The notes beneath the pieces were generated by a model. It made no database searches. It was not told the DNA's origin and saw nothing but the letters and a program-made list of their open reading frames with translations. Below, in pieces: positions 51,778 to 64,000 of a DNA stretch of 64,000 bases. Numbering within the stretch: the stretch's first letter is position 1; each line of letters starts with the position of its first letter. This stretch comes from Octopus vulgaris. Lineage: Eukaryota. The stretch spans positions 21,266,001-21,330,000 of the forward strand of contig OX597829.1 in assembly GCA_951406725.2 (NCBI GenBank), read 5' to 3'. The position numbers and the translations under genes were made by a program.

Positions 51778-53230
51778 CTTATTTCTTTTAAATTGCCATA
51801 AAGGCATTACATAGACGGGGACACTACAGCACATGTGGGGACATATAACAATTAAAATAAAAATATGATGCTATGAATGACACATGAAAATCATTGAAAT
51901 CAAAATATTAAAATAATGATACATGAATGATGCCTGACAAATGAGAATATGAAAAGTGTGTTACTCACCCCACACTAACACCACTCGCCACCTCTGAGTC
52001 CTGAGTCCTCTTTAGTTGTTGATCTAGTCTTTCATTTACCGTTTTCCCCCTTGCTGACTGACAACACTCCTCCATGTACACATAACCTTTTTCACCGGGG
52101 GAGGGGTCTTGTAAATTTTGTGGTGTCTGTTCTTTCTTTTTTTTTTCATGTGGGGAGAGGGGGTGTCTCTATGGGGAGAGTGGGTCTGAGGGGCCTTGGG
52201 TGGGATGGAGTTGGTCTGGGGTTCCACATCACACTGACTGTTCTTCCTCTTCTTTCTTTTTACTTGTATTCTCTGTTACTGTCCATTCATCTTCCTTGTT
52301 TCTTCCATCTATCTGTACTTCTACCTATTTCTCCTCCATCTCCAGCACTGCTTCTTCTGTTGTTTTCCTCTGTAGAGGGCAGTGAGCTCTAATGCGGCCT
52401 TTTTGGCCACATTTAAAGCATCACAGACCTCTGCCCATTCTTTCAATACTATTTCCCCCAACGTCACCATCTCTGCCAAATTTTCTAGTTGCTTCGCCTC
52501 CACTTGTATGATGATTTCCAATGTTTTTTCTCTATATCCCCCTTCCTCTCTGTGGCTTTGAGCACAGCTACCTCCTTCTCACCACCAAGAAGGATGGCTG
52601 CCACAACCCAAGCCACTTCTATATCAGGTGGGATTCCTTCTACCCTCACCTTAGAAGTCTTTCTTCCTAGGTACATGAGTAGAAGTACCACTTCCTCCAT
52701 TTTTACAGTTTCACTTGCCAGCCTCTTTGCCTTCTCCGCTGTCCTAAACTGGACAATCACCATCCCATATTCATTTTCTTTTGCTATATATGTCACTTCC
52801 TTCAAAAGCCCCTTCAGTGCTTTTTCTACTTTTTCCATCTACATCAGTTCCACCTTCCTACTCTCCACTGAGTACACCTTGTAAATAGTCTTCTTTTCCA
52901 TATTTACCATAACCCTTTTTGGGGGTAATAACTTTACATCACTGCCCACCATTCTGTGTCATCTTACATAGCTCCTTCAGTCCGGCTAGGTCCACCTCTC
53001 TTTTCTTCCTCTGCAGCCTCAGCAAAACTCTTTACTCTTTCTAAATGCTCGTCCATTCTGTTTACTGCCTTCACAAGCTCCTCCTCTGCTGAAGACAGTT
53101 CATACTTGCTAAGGTCCAAATACATTCCTTTCCACTGGTACAACACTCACCGACAAACTGCTGCCAAGCAGCTCAAAAAATTCCATCTGTCTCATCAAAA
53201 ATCAACACAGCGAATAGATCGGCACATGCA
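51778..53230 (-). mobile_element. ORF1-only (gag-like) L1/Tx1-type retroelement with a 15-bp TSD
   Basis: TSD tgggaagcaagcttc at 51763-51777 and 53231-53245. Disrupted minus ORF with an RRM-like region (VIVQFRTAEKAKRL..KVRVEGIPPDI) and zinc knuckle CFKCGQKGRIRAHC near 52380-52422. No EN/RT seen. A-rich 3' end. Confidence 0.75.
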
Positions 53231-54509
53231 TGGGAAGCAAGCTTCTTACCACACAGCCACTCCAGTGCCATGTTGTATGTTTTTTAAAGAAATTTAAAAT
53301 TTGGAAGAATGATCTAGAAATAAGTAAAAGAAAACTTTTAAAAGGTCTAAAAAGTAACAAAGCTGTTAACTAAGATACTTGTAATAGCAGACTTGTAGTA
53401 ATACTTAGCATTTTAAACCATGTCAGCTGAGTAACAAACGAAGGCCATGATGCATCTTGGCCTGTATTTTGGCTAATCATAATTCTGATGCACTTCTGTG
53501 GCAGCAAGACTAATGGAAAATTCCATGCATATTTGTGCCAAACCATGGTTATAAATTGAGACACAGGAAAAATACAAGGCAAAGGAAACAGAATGGCTAG
53601 AAGTCTTGAAGAGATTATCTTGGCCCGCTTGCAGCCATGCCACTTTAAACTCATGTTAAAAGACCACCTCACCAAGCACATCTCCTGTCTCCAAATGTAC
53701 ATGCCCACACATTTGCTATTGGCATTCAGCATCACAGCCTTTTGGCAAGTAACTTTTGTAATGTCAATATGGAAATAAATACGATTCATTGAAACTAAAT
53801 ATTGCAATTAGTTTGATGTGTGAAAACAACAAAATGTTTAAAAAAATTTCCAACTCCTGGCTTACCAAACCACACTCACACTCAATAGCTTCAGAAAAGT
53901 TGCTTTGGCTCAGAAATAGATGGTGGGAAGACGAGGACACAATATTGTATTAAATTAATATAATTAAGATATATGCAAAAGTTGAGTTGGGTGGGTTGGT
54001 GGCTGCGGACCAACAAGAAGACAAAAATATAGCTGCATGGGAATAACTGACTACATGAGTATCCTTAAACTGTGAGTAACTCCAGAAGATATCAACTGCT
54101 CAAATAGCTCATTGCATAGTTTATGAGGGATGACAGTTTACCGTATAAATCTATTAGCAGTGAATGAAGCATAAGTGTACACCAGAAAGAAGATATATGA
54201 CAGTAAAACAGGACCTACTGAAATTTAATATGATCTTTTGATGTGCATTGTTACCTTTGTGAAAAGACTAAGTGTGAAATGTGATTAGGCACCAAAAGCC
54301 TAATCACATATGTAGAAGAAAATACTATAGCAAGGATTTACTAAGTGCACACATGCACACACACACACGCACACAAACACACACATAACTAGTTGAGCAA
54401 GATAGCCAAAAACAATGTATATCTTGAGACATTGAAACAAGCCTCATTTTCAAAAATTTACTTTTCAACATAATTACAATTAATGTCTTTATCAATGTAT
54501 TTCTGTTTT

Positions 54510-54900
54510 AACTGATCTATGTGCAAATTGCATGGTAATGAGAAGTAGACACTGAATGTAAAAGATATGCTGATGATTGAAAGAAATGGGGCATATTCTT
54601 CTGAAAGTGTAATGTCAGAATTTATGAACAATGGCATTCAGGTGGGCTGAGATATTGAAGAATGGGCATGAAAGGAATAGGGTTTAAGGAAAAGAGACAG
54701 TTGTACTGGTACGGATATGATCCACATGAAGAAGTGTTGAGTGAATACAGGTGGAAGGAGCCTGTGGATGAAAAAGTGAGGTTTGATATCAGGATTAAAC
54801 TTCCTCGAAGCTGACATAGAACTACATTAAGTGTCAACACACTATACTTGAGCAGACTTGCCAACACATGCTAGCATTGAAAAATGGATATAAAATGATG
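54510..54900 (+). mobile_element. RTE-clade LINE 3' remnant with a family E-type tail
   Basis: HGNEK*TLNVKDMLMIERN / CNVRIYEQ / KRQLYWYGY (RTE GSETW..R.LRWYGH pattern). Tail ccaacacatgctagcattgaaaaatggatataaaatgatg. Confidence 0.6.
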
Positions 54901-55024
54901 GTTAGATAAATTTTTATTTAATTAGTGGTACTCTACCACATCAGCTTTTGTAGTGACAGTGACCCACACGCTAGAGAATCAAGCACAGTGCACCAAAGAA
55001 GATATGGGCAAAACCTTAATTTTA

Positions 55025-55178
55025 AAAATACCCCGCCGATAGTTGTTGTTGACAAATAACAGCAGTAATTTTATTCAGCTGAATACACATCATTGATTGG
55101 TTGAAATTACCAAAGTAGTACTACTTTAACATGAAATTACTTCGTAAATGTAAGTTTTTCTCAAAAATTCTAAGAGTA
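55025..55178. repeat. Fragment of an unclassified repeat also present at 56430-56587
   Basis: aaata..ccgccgatagttgttgttgacaaataacagcagtaattttattcagctgaatacac.. is duplicated. Confidence 0.75.
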
Positions 55179-55380
55179 AGAGGAAGACCTTAAGTCACAA
55201 TGTCTCAACCTCAAGCATGCTAAGGCCAGCACCATGGATTGGAAAGCATAGAATAACATCATCACCAGAATCCATCATGCGGCAGATTGGTAAAGAGGAC
55301 AGCCTTACCCTCTTGTCACCAGTTAGGAATCTAGTATTAGTAGTTGTTGTTGACATGTAATCTGAAATGTATTAGCTATA

Positions 55381-55963
55381 TCATCATCATCATCATCATC
55401 ATTTAGCATCCGTTCTCCATGCTAGCATGGGTTGGACGGTTCAACTGGGGTCTGTGAAGCTGGAAGGCTTCATCAGGCTCAGTCAGATCTGGCAGTGTTT
55501 CTACGGCTGGATGCCCTTCCTAACGCCAACCACTCCGTGAGTGTAGTGGGTGCTTTTTACGTGCCACCCGCACAGGTGCCAGACAGAACTGGCAAATGGC
55601 CACGAACGGATGGTGCTTTTATGTGTCACCGGCACGGGGCCAGGCGAGGCTGGCAATGGACACGAACGGATGGTGCTTTTACGTGCTACCACGGGGGCCA
55701 GACAGAGCTGGCAAACGGCCACGAACGGATGGTGCTTTTACATGTCACCGGCACGGGGCCAGGCGAGGCTGGCAACGGACACGAACAGATGGTGCTTTTA
55801 CGTGCCACCAACACGGGGGCCAGACAGAGCTGGCAAACGGCCACGAACGGATGGTGCTTTTACGTGTCACCGGCACGGGGCCAGGCGAGGCTGGCAATGA
55901 ACACGAACGGATGGTGCTTTTACGTGCCACCAACACGGGGGCCAGACAGAGCTGGCAAACGGC
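55381..55963 (-). mobile_element. Family E element with a 5' tandem array of about 60-bp monomers
   Basis: Near-identical to 18748-19218, with a longer array. Confidence 0.82.
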
Positions 55964-56179
55964 ATGATGTGTAATCTAAAAGACATGGATGAATGTAAAC
56001 TAACACCTTTTTTTCTTTTAATCTCTATGGACTGATGTAATAGAAACATAAAAAATTTTACATTGGTCCATATGTTTTAGATTAAACATTACAGTGATGG
56101 CTAAAATTTGTATGGTATATCACTGGATATACCATGTTATACACTTGTCTCGGGCAACCGTTACAACCATTATAATTTT

Positions 56180-56687
56180 GGGCCTTTTACACAAATGATG
56201 TGGCATATAGGATGTTGTTGTCTGTACTAACGAGCATTAAGGAAATATTGAACTAGCGAACGATTTTTCTTACATATCATATTACTTGTTTTATGCTTGA
56301 AATCAATACGAAGTTTTATTTATTTTTTTCTTTTTGCTCACGCCCACACATGTTTGACATTTTATTTTTTACATGCACGTCATTAGTGTTCATGGAATAT
56401 CCTAACCCTAACCCTAACCCTACAAACGAAAAATACACCGCCGATAGTTGTTGTTGACAAATAACAGCAGTAATTTTATTCAGCTGAATACACGTCATTG
56501 GTTGGTTGAAATTACCGAAATAGGACTACTTTAACGTGAAATTACTTCGTAAATATAAGTTTTTTCTCAAAAATGCTAAGAGTAAAACATGTTTTATATG
56601 ACACATTCTACCAGTGTCCGAAGTTTGAAAGTGTTTAGCTACAAAAAATTATTTTTTAAATCTGTAGGTCAAAAGGTAAAGATCCCA
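56180..56687. mobile_element. Unclassified repeat (possibly DNA transposon-derived) with internal (CCCTAA)3
   Basis: Shares 56430-56587 with 55025-55178. cctaaccctaaccctaacccta at 56401-56422. Confidence 0.4.
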
Positions 56688-57849
56688 TTTTTGCACCATA
56701 ATATACTGTCAAAAACTGGATGCACCACCCTCTGTTGTGAAATTTTCGTGTCAGATCTACACCTTCATGAATAAATATTTATTACTCTAGAAACGGGACA
56801 AAGAGATTCGAAAAGTAAGGAACAAAGAGGGAGAGAATACGTCTAAGTTTCTCTCAAAAGCTATCATTACAACAAAATGGGCCTTGAACGCATTGTAAAA
56901 GCAACAGTTACGTAATAAAAGACTTCGACAGATCAATTCCTCTCAGGTGTTTTCGATCCATTGCTGGATGACGACAATGGTTTTAAGCCAACCTATTAGT
57001 GTCAGTTGGACAGAGTGTTTCCATGATCAGGTGATCAGCACTGGCCATTGACACTTTAATCAATTGACAAATGAATTAATAATAACAATTAATGAAGTAC
57101 AAACGGTGCACATTTTATCGACAGAGTGACCATCGCAAAATACCCGGATATAAATAATATAAATTTAAATAGTAATTTTAATTAGTAAAAATTTCGTGGC
57201 TCACTACAATAAGTATGTTAACGCCCACTTTACAATAAGAATTTAATGATAATGTTAAGATACATAGTTACATAGATAAGTAGTAAAAGTATAAATATCA
57301 GGAGAATGACTGTTGTACAAAAGGTAATTGTTATTACTTTATATATGCCCATACATACATACTTGAATATACATATGTAAACTGACAAACATACACACAC
57401 GCACATACATACATAGATACATACATACATACACACACACACATACATACATTCGTTTTCGTATTTGTGTGTGGGTTTATTATTGGCATAACGACCCTCC
57501 CAAGATACAATAATGTGTGTGTTTGTGTGTGCGCGCGCGCGAACGAACGAAATTAACACCTGAAGGAAAAGAAGTGTAGAGAATAAAGTACTGCAAAAAT
57601 ATATATATACAAAAAGAAAAACAAGACAATAAAAAGCAATGATCAATCTGAAACAATGTGATTTAGTGAGTGAAAAGAGAAACTGTCTTTAATTGAAAAC
57701 ATAACCAAAGCTGAGTGTAATAATTCATTTAAAATTGAGGAAATTATTTCGCTATCATTTGTAATTAATTAATTGAGTTGTCATTTATAGCAATGTTGTA
57801 TACAACAAGATGAATTTTTATTGCCAATCATCTTAATGGAACACACTCG

Positions 57850-58570
57850 GCCGGGTGCTAAATGAAAGTTTGAAGAAAATCAACATTAATTGTGTAGCGA
57901 TGAGAGTAATTTCCCTTCAGCGTGCCAGCTTTGTCACATGACCACTGTTGTTAAGGCTGTTGTTGATGACAACTTCTCCAGCAGTATCGCCGCATTCTCA
58001 GCCGTCGCCATCATGTTTATACTTCTATACGAACAGCTAACTCGTCGAATAACCCTGTTTCAATGTGGAGCCCGGCAAAATTAATAGACGAATCAGGACT
58101 GTCAAAGATGTTCACACTACTTCACTGCGATGTGTCTTCATGCCAGTTTCGAAAAGAATCAGAGCTTTTGTTAGCTACAAGAAGGGACATCGCTCAGTCT
58201 AGCTTTGGTTCGATGCCCCAACTGCGTTTTGTTGTTGACGTTAGCAACGCTACCGAATTTCCGTTACTCGGCTGCTTTGACTTTTCATGACATCATAGCA
58301 CGAAACAATGAAATAACAAGGATTCTCTATGGAAAACTTTTTTTTTTCTTTCAAATACAATTAAGGTATATTTCTAATTTAAGCTAGTATTTTAAAAATT
58401 ATTTGTGGCGATGAGTGCTTGTTGTAGCCGCGACTTATGTTATTGTTCTTGTCACGGTTGCCATTCGACTGTCTTGGCTGTGACGTCCATTTACTGATTC
58501 GTTCTTCCTTAATAACCGACTCGTTTGTTGTGGTGTAATTTATTTTAAGTTCTGTGTACATGCCCCCCAC
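57850..58570 (+). promoter_or_regulatory. CpG-retaining, repeat-free promoter/5'UTR region of TOGARAM1 with an X-box-like site (58234-58248) and a near-CRE (TGACGTCC, 58481)
   Basis: Locally frequent CpG. GTTGAC-GTT-AGCAAC versus the RFX consensus GTNRCC-N0-3-RGYAAC (1 mismatch). Confidence 0.5.
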
Positions 58571-60031
58571 ATGATGAAGAACATGGAACAAGATGAAGTT
58601 TTAGATCACTTGAATGATCAAAGTTCGATTAAAAAACTGGAAACTTTAAAACAATTACAATTGACAGTTAAACGAAATGGAGGTCGATTACCGTGGGAAG
58701 ATCCGTGGACAATTTTCAGAGGCTTGGATGTTGTTTTGGTAGATGTTGCTTGGGAGGTCAGGTTAAAATGTCTCCATTTGATTGTAGATCTAATACCTCA
58801 GTTAGGATTTAACATTGACTCTTGCATGTTTTTGATCTTAAAAAATTTAATTCTAGCTTTTGCTGATATTAAAAAACCTGTTCGTCGAACTTCAATACAA
58901 GCTATGCATTTATATATGAAATATACGAATAACTTTGAAGAATTGTCCAAGGCCATTGTGCTTTATGGACTAGAAAATAGCAACGATCATATTAAAAAGG
59001 AATGGGTTTTTGCTTTACCAATTCTTTTCACTAAAGATCTGAGTGGTCGCAACGTTTTCCCTTATGTCCAGTCTCTAACAAAAATAGTGTCCCAGGATTA
59101 CAATGATAATTTACAAGAGCTTGCAATGCTTGCCCTACAGACAATTTCTGAACTTGTTGGCTTAAACAAATTCAAATCTTATTTGCATAGGCTACCTGAA
59201 GATATTAGATTGTCATATCTAAGAGAATTACTCCCTGAAGATAGGGAACTTTATTCCGATTTGAATGATTCTCAAGAATATTCTCTCGCACAGCCAATTT
59301 TCCACACCAACCAACAACGCCAATTTCCATACCAACAACCTCACCCACAGAATTCAAATTACCAAGATGGTCAACAAACAGAAATATTTCACTCTGATGA
59401 TAATGGATTTGGAGTGTTTCCACAGCAAATTATTGCTCAAATATTGCGACTTGAAGATGGTTACAGACTCAGAGCACCAGCTGTTGAGCGTGTTAAAGGA
59501 ATTCTGCATTCTCTTTCAAGACAGAAAATTTTCTATAAAATGGGCCCACATATGTTACAATTCATTTATTTTGTAGATAACTTACTTGATGACTCTAACT
59601 TTAAAATAACAACTATTGCCCTGGAGATTTTAAGTATTCTCGTGGAAAAACTTGAGCAAGATGCTCAGCATTTTCTGAAGCATCTTGTATCGACATTGGC
59701 AAGACGATTGGGTAATAATAAGATTGTTATTAGGCAAGGCATTATGAAAGTGACTATAAAACTTATGCAAAATGCTACACCTAAGCTTGTACTTGGTGTT
59801 ATGCTAGATAACCTACGCCATAAGAACTCACGAGTAAGACAAGATATGATTAATATCTTAATTGCAGCTTTGCTGACGTTTCCAAGCTATGAATTTGATT
59901 TATATGCTTTGTGTAAGGAAATTGTACCCCTTTTAACAGACTCGAAGCGAAATGTAAGACGAGCTGCATTAGAATGTGTTGCAGTTATTGCACAGGCAAT
60001 GGGACAAGGAAGACATCAACCTTTGTTTCAG
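58571..60031 (+). CDS. TOGARAM1: TOG array regulator of axonemal microtubules 1 (crescerin/FAM179B/CHE-12), first coding exon (487 codons; TOG1 plus TOG2)
   Basis: HEAT-repeat ORF with LLDDSNFKI..LEIL..LGNNKIVIRQ..KLMQ..LRHKNSRVRQD..LLTFPSYEFDL..LTDSKRNVRRAALECVAVIAQAMG, closely resembling TOG2 of crescerin. Donor CAG|GTATGT at 60031/60032 (phase 0). The start could be 58571, 58574 or 58583. Confidence 0.93.
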
Positions 60032-60880
60032 GTATGTATAAGGTGTGTGTGTATATATGTATATGTATATATGCATACATATATGAATCTGTGTGTAATA
60101 TATCATTTCCATAATACAGTATGTTGTTTATTATATTTGATAAAAAGAATAAAATGAATACTTGTTCTTTGATATTTTTTATTACTAAACATTAATTGCA
60201 AAGCATGTATTTGTTATACTGATTGTCTAAAATCTACAGATTTTAACCCCTTTCTCAAACTGGTTCTCTAACTCTGATTGACCGATCTTATTTTACCATA
60301 GCTTCAACATGCACAAACTGAATAGGGAATTTCTGTTAAAGATAGAAATTTGTATATAATGTATGTAAGTTATAAATGAGCAATTATTTTTTTCAGATCT
60401 TTGGCAAACTAGATTGGTTGCCAATCTAGTAAATTAAGGTACGCCAATGTTGCATGAGGAAGAGAACTATCTTGTCTTGGACAAGAGTATTCTTCAGAAA
60501 GTGAGAGGATAGATAAAGATAGATTATAAAATAGTAAGTTAGTTAAACACAAAGAGTTTTAGTATGGATTTTAAATTTATTAAAAATTCTTAAAACATAA
60601 ATGATATTTGTTCAAACAAGCAAACAAAAATATGCAGATATATTTCAACAATACCAGTTCTACAGTCTGTCATCACTTGCTAAGAATTACAATCAAAATT
60701 AAATATACGTTCAATTTACAGCAAGGCGACTTATTTCTAGTTTGTAGATCAATTTTTAATTTTTCATTTTAGCAGTTCCAGTTAAACAAAATACAAATTC
60801 AAACATTAACCTGAGATTAGAAATTGAAATACTATTTTCACAAAACCCATTGAATAATTGAAACAATGTTAACATAGGTA

Positions 60881-61325
60881 TAGGCATTTCTGTGTGGTTA
60901 AGAAGTTCACTTTGCAACCATAAGGTTTGGGGTTCACTTCCACTGAATGGCATCTTGGGTCATCTTCTGCTATAATCCTGGGTCAACTAATAACTTGTGA
61001 TGAATTTGGTTGCCAGAAACTGTGTGGAAACTCATCATGTACACAGACACACACACACACACACGTATATATACATGTATACATATATTTGTATGTGTGT
61101 ATGTGCAGATGTGTCTTTGAGTTTGTGCTTGTTCCCTCAACAAACTTTTGACAATCAGCATTGGGTTGTTTACATCCTTGTAACTTAATGGTTTGGCAAA
61201 AAAGACTGTTAGAATAAGATTTATAAAATAAGTACTTGGGCGCGATTTGTTCAACTTAACTCTTCAGACCAAATTCCCAACATGGCCACAGTACAATGAC
61301 CTGAAACGAATAAAAGAAAAAGATA
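60881..61325 (+). mobile_element. SINE family A (old, intronic)
   Basis: Diverged family A head, microsatellite and tail. Confidence 0.75.
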
Positions 61326-61507
61326 AAGATGTGGCCCTTTTGTAGTTTTGTTTCCTTTCCTTGCAAACTCATCAACTTGCTATTTAACATTTATAACTAT
61401 TCTTTATTTGCTACAATGCATGTTGTTGGAATGCTTCTTTTAATTTCTAACCGAGTCACTTCTGGTCTGATGAACTATTCATTTGTATAACTTTCCTTCA
61501 TTGACAA

Positions 61508-61800
61508 GGTGCGTGGTTTAGTGGTTAGGGTATTCATCTTAGGATCGTAAGGTTATAAGTTCAATTCCCAGTGATGTGTTGTGTCCTTGAGCAAGACACT
61601 TTATTTCATGTTGCTCCAGTCCAGTCAGCTGGCAAAAATGAGTTGTACCTGTATTTCAAAGGGCCAGCCTTGTCACACTCTGTGTCATACTGAATCTCCC
61701 TGAAAATTACATTATGGGTACAGGTGTCTGTGGAGTACTCAGCCGTTTGCACATTAATTTCACAAGCAGGCTGTTCCATTGATTGGATCAACTGGAACTA
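61508..61800 (+). mobile_element. SINE family C
   Basis: ggtgcgtggtttagtggttagggt...agttcaattccc...gtgtccttgagcaagacac...cagctggcaaaaatgagt. Confidence 0.8.
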
Positions 61801-62749
61801 GAACTTCATTGGCATGGATATCTCAGATTGTTAATTATCTACATAAGCATAAGGCCTTTGATAACTTTTCTCACTGTTGTTAACTCTGGTCCCTCTTTTT
61901 CAGCTTCTTAATGGTTGGATCCCTGCATTTTCCACTCTGCTTCAGTATCCCACTTCCTGTTATTCTTAGGGTGTCCACTTTTCCTCCTTTGTGGGTTCCA
62001 AGTCAGGACCTAAAAATCCCTGAGAAACTGCCTTCTTCCTGGTCATATTGATGTTTCTGTAACTTTGCTTCAATTTCTTCCTTGCGAGGTTTGCTCATCC
62101 TACACTATACCATTTTTACAGTGGTGACCAAAAAGTCCTTTTGGTTCTTTTAAGTGAAACACAAAGCAATTTATTCAGTCAATGATATAATCATCGTTTT
62201 GTTCCAGTGTCTTTTGCCATCTTGAGGGCAAATCTAGTACTTCCTGCTCAAAGAGTTTCCTGTCTTTGCTGGCAAAAAAACTTTTCCAGGTGAATTTTTA
62301 CATCCTTCTTAGAGTTCAATGAATTTTGATGAGACTGGAACAGGTTGTAATCTGAAGGCGCAAGGTCAAGTGAATGTGGAGTGTGTGACAAAACTTCTCA
62401 GTCAAGCCCCAGTAACTTCTGCTGCATCTGCAAAGAAGTGTGTGGTCTGGCATTGTCATGATGAAAGACAACGTCCTTATGATCAGCAAGTGCCAGATGC
62501 TTCTGGTGGATCACTGCATTTAATTTGTCTTGGTGGTCACAGTGCACATCCAGATTCACAGACCTGTCTGTTGGAAAAAGCTTCCAAAAGGCAACATCCT
62601 TCAAATCTTATCAAATTGAAAGTATAGCCTTCTTTGGGTGAAATCCTGCTTTGGAGGTTGTTTGTACTTTGTATTGTTATAGCCAATCCACTTTTTTTAT
62701 CCCCTGTTATCATTCTTTTCAAAAAAAAAAAACAAACAAACAAAGGATA

Positions 62750-63149
62750 GGCGCAGGAGTGGCTGTATGGTAAGTAGCTTGCTTACCAACCACATTGTTC
62801 CGGGTTCAGTCCCACTGCATGGCACCTTGGGCAAGTGTCTTCTACTATAGCCTCAGGCTGACCAAAGCCTTGTGAGTGGATTTGGTAGATGGAAACTGAA
62901 AGAAGCCCATCATATATATGTATATCTATATGTATATATATGTGTGTGTTTGTACCCCCCAACATTACTTGACAACCGATGGTGGTGTGTTTACGTCCCC
63001 GTAACTTAGTGATTCGGCAAAAGAGACCGATAGAATAAGTACTAGGCTTACAAAGAATAAGTCCTGGGGCTGATTTGCTCGACTAAAGGTGGTGCTCCAG
63101 CATGGCCGCAGTCAAATGACTGAAACAAGTAAAAGAGTAAAAAGAGTAT
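62750..63149 (+). mobile_element. SINE family A, full length
   Basis: Complete head to tail ...aaacaagtaaaagagtaaaaagagta. Confidence 0.92.
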
Positions 63150-63376
63150 AAGAGAAATTGTTTTCTACAAGTTTCTGCAATGAATCAAAGATAGAAATAT
63201 GTTGAGGGAGGTTAGCTTCATTCAATTGATGTGGGAACCCAAACATCAAGCTGATGACACAACCAAGTTGATGACACAACCAAGTTGATGCAGATAGTTT
63301 TCAACATTCAGTTTAGATATCTTTGGAATATCCTTGATCATCCTGGTCATATAATGTGAGTTGGTGTCACTGTCAA

Positions 63377-63597
63377 CCCTTTAGCATTCAGATTTCTTAG
63401 TCAATTGTATTGCTTATTAATTTACATTGTTTTTAATTAATCACACATTATCTTGTAGCTTCAAGATTTCAATGGTGTATTTGTATATTTTTTACAATGA
63501 CATTATAGGGTAGATATGAGAGGTCAGATATGGTCAGTTTTAACATAAAACTGGTAGACTATTTGGGCCAAATATGGCCAGATGAAATGCTTAAGAG
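63377..63597. mobile_element. piggyBac-like MITE (degenerate)
   Basis: tcaa|ccctttagcatt ... aatgcttaagag|ttaa. Confidence 0.55.
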
Positions 63598-64000
63598 TTA
63601 ATCTTAGTTAGCCAGCCAGAGTGAGTGCATCTTCAACCAAAATATTTCTCAATCAAAATCTGGAAAACCGTTTCTGGCACACATGTTCCATAAAGGCATC
63701 CTCTCCATACACAGTGCATATCTTCCTATGCAATTCTGCCAAATTCTTGCTTTCTTTAGATGAAAATAGCATGAGGTGTTGATAATGTTTGTTTTGGTTC
63801 TTCATTTTCAGGGTGATTCCAAACACACAAAATACAATCTATTTCATTGCAAGTACATGTTGAACCACATTAAAGTATCAATGAGTACATATGCACATGG
63901 GACAGACTGAAGTTAGCTACTTGTTAGAGTGCTTAAAGTTTAGTATCAGCAAAAACCAAACAGACTTTTTGGCCAACCTCGAACTTCTCCGAAGAGGTAG

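Larger units (their letters stand above)
62120..63987 (-). mobile_element. Mariner (DD34D) transposon, near full length, decayed, with nested SINE A and a piggyBac-like MITE
   Basis: FLKRMITGDKK; VVFHHDNARPHTSLQMQQKLLGLD*EVLSHTPHSLDLAPSDYNL (34 aa between the Ds). Imperfect TIRs ggtgaccaaaaagtc..ttggtt / aaccaa..gactttttggccaacc. Confidence 0.82.

Noticed and set aside
53370-53807. 145-aa minus-strand ORF as a gene
   Set aside because: Non-ATG start, no recognisable domain and no splice signals; probably decayed repeat.
55455-55485. CTGATGA-agc..gct in family E (minus strand) as a hammerhead
   Set aside because: It is not followed by GAAA in either copy.
55550-55963. 60-bp periodic array as a CRISPR or a repeat-protein gene (also 18900-19218)
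   Set aside because: There are no unique spacers, the context is eukaryotic, and several frames are open with no coding bias. It is a minisatellite within a retroelement.
56401-56422. Interstitial telomere or fusion scar (CCCTAA)n
   Set aside because: Only about 3.5 units, embedded in an interspersed repeat.
57935-58015. Divergent minus-strand ORF MMATAENAAILLEK...
   Set aside because: It stops after 26 codons, has no good splice donor and no recognisable homology.
60032-60157. C-terminal VCIRCVCIYVYV... of the 528-aa ORF
   Set aside because: Read-through into the intron after the CAG|GTATGT donor.

Overview
AT-rich, microsatellite- and transposon-dense animal DNA. The SINE families and repeat landscape look most like an octopod cephalopod; this is inferred from recall, not from a search. 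Two host genes are visible and point away from each other. (1) A 1461-nt first coding exon of TOGARAM1/crescerin (CHE-12; TOG1+TOG2 HEAT domains) lies at 58571-60031 (+), with an RFX X-box-like site upstream. (2) A 21-nt coding micro-exon MQPPPRK|GTAAGT lies at 29341-29321 (-); it matches the N-terminus of FCHSD2/Nervous wreck, so most of 1-29320 is probably its intron. The rest is mobile DNA: three tRNA-type SINE families, an RTE-type non-autonomous element, CR1/L2-like, RTE, Dong/R4, HERO and ORF1-only L1/Tx1-like LINE remnants, a Penelope-like (Neptune-type) remnant, maT, mariner and pogo remnants, hAT/pogo/piggyBac MITEs, two Helitrons and a Helentron-like element. The most notable signal is about a dozen mostly degenerate minimal type-I hammerhead-ribozyme motifs from several unrelated repeat families. 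They include both terminal repeats of the Penelope remnant and a TSD-flanked fold-back element that joins a tRNA (Pol III) head to a hammerhead tail, a candidate Penelope-mobilised SINE/retrozyme. Several LINE/non-autonomous partner pairs can be read directly from shared 3' tails. Almost all short ORFs in the supplied track are microsatellite or SINE translation artefacts. All alignments and coordinates were read by eye.
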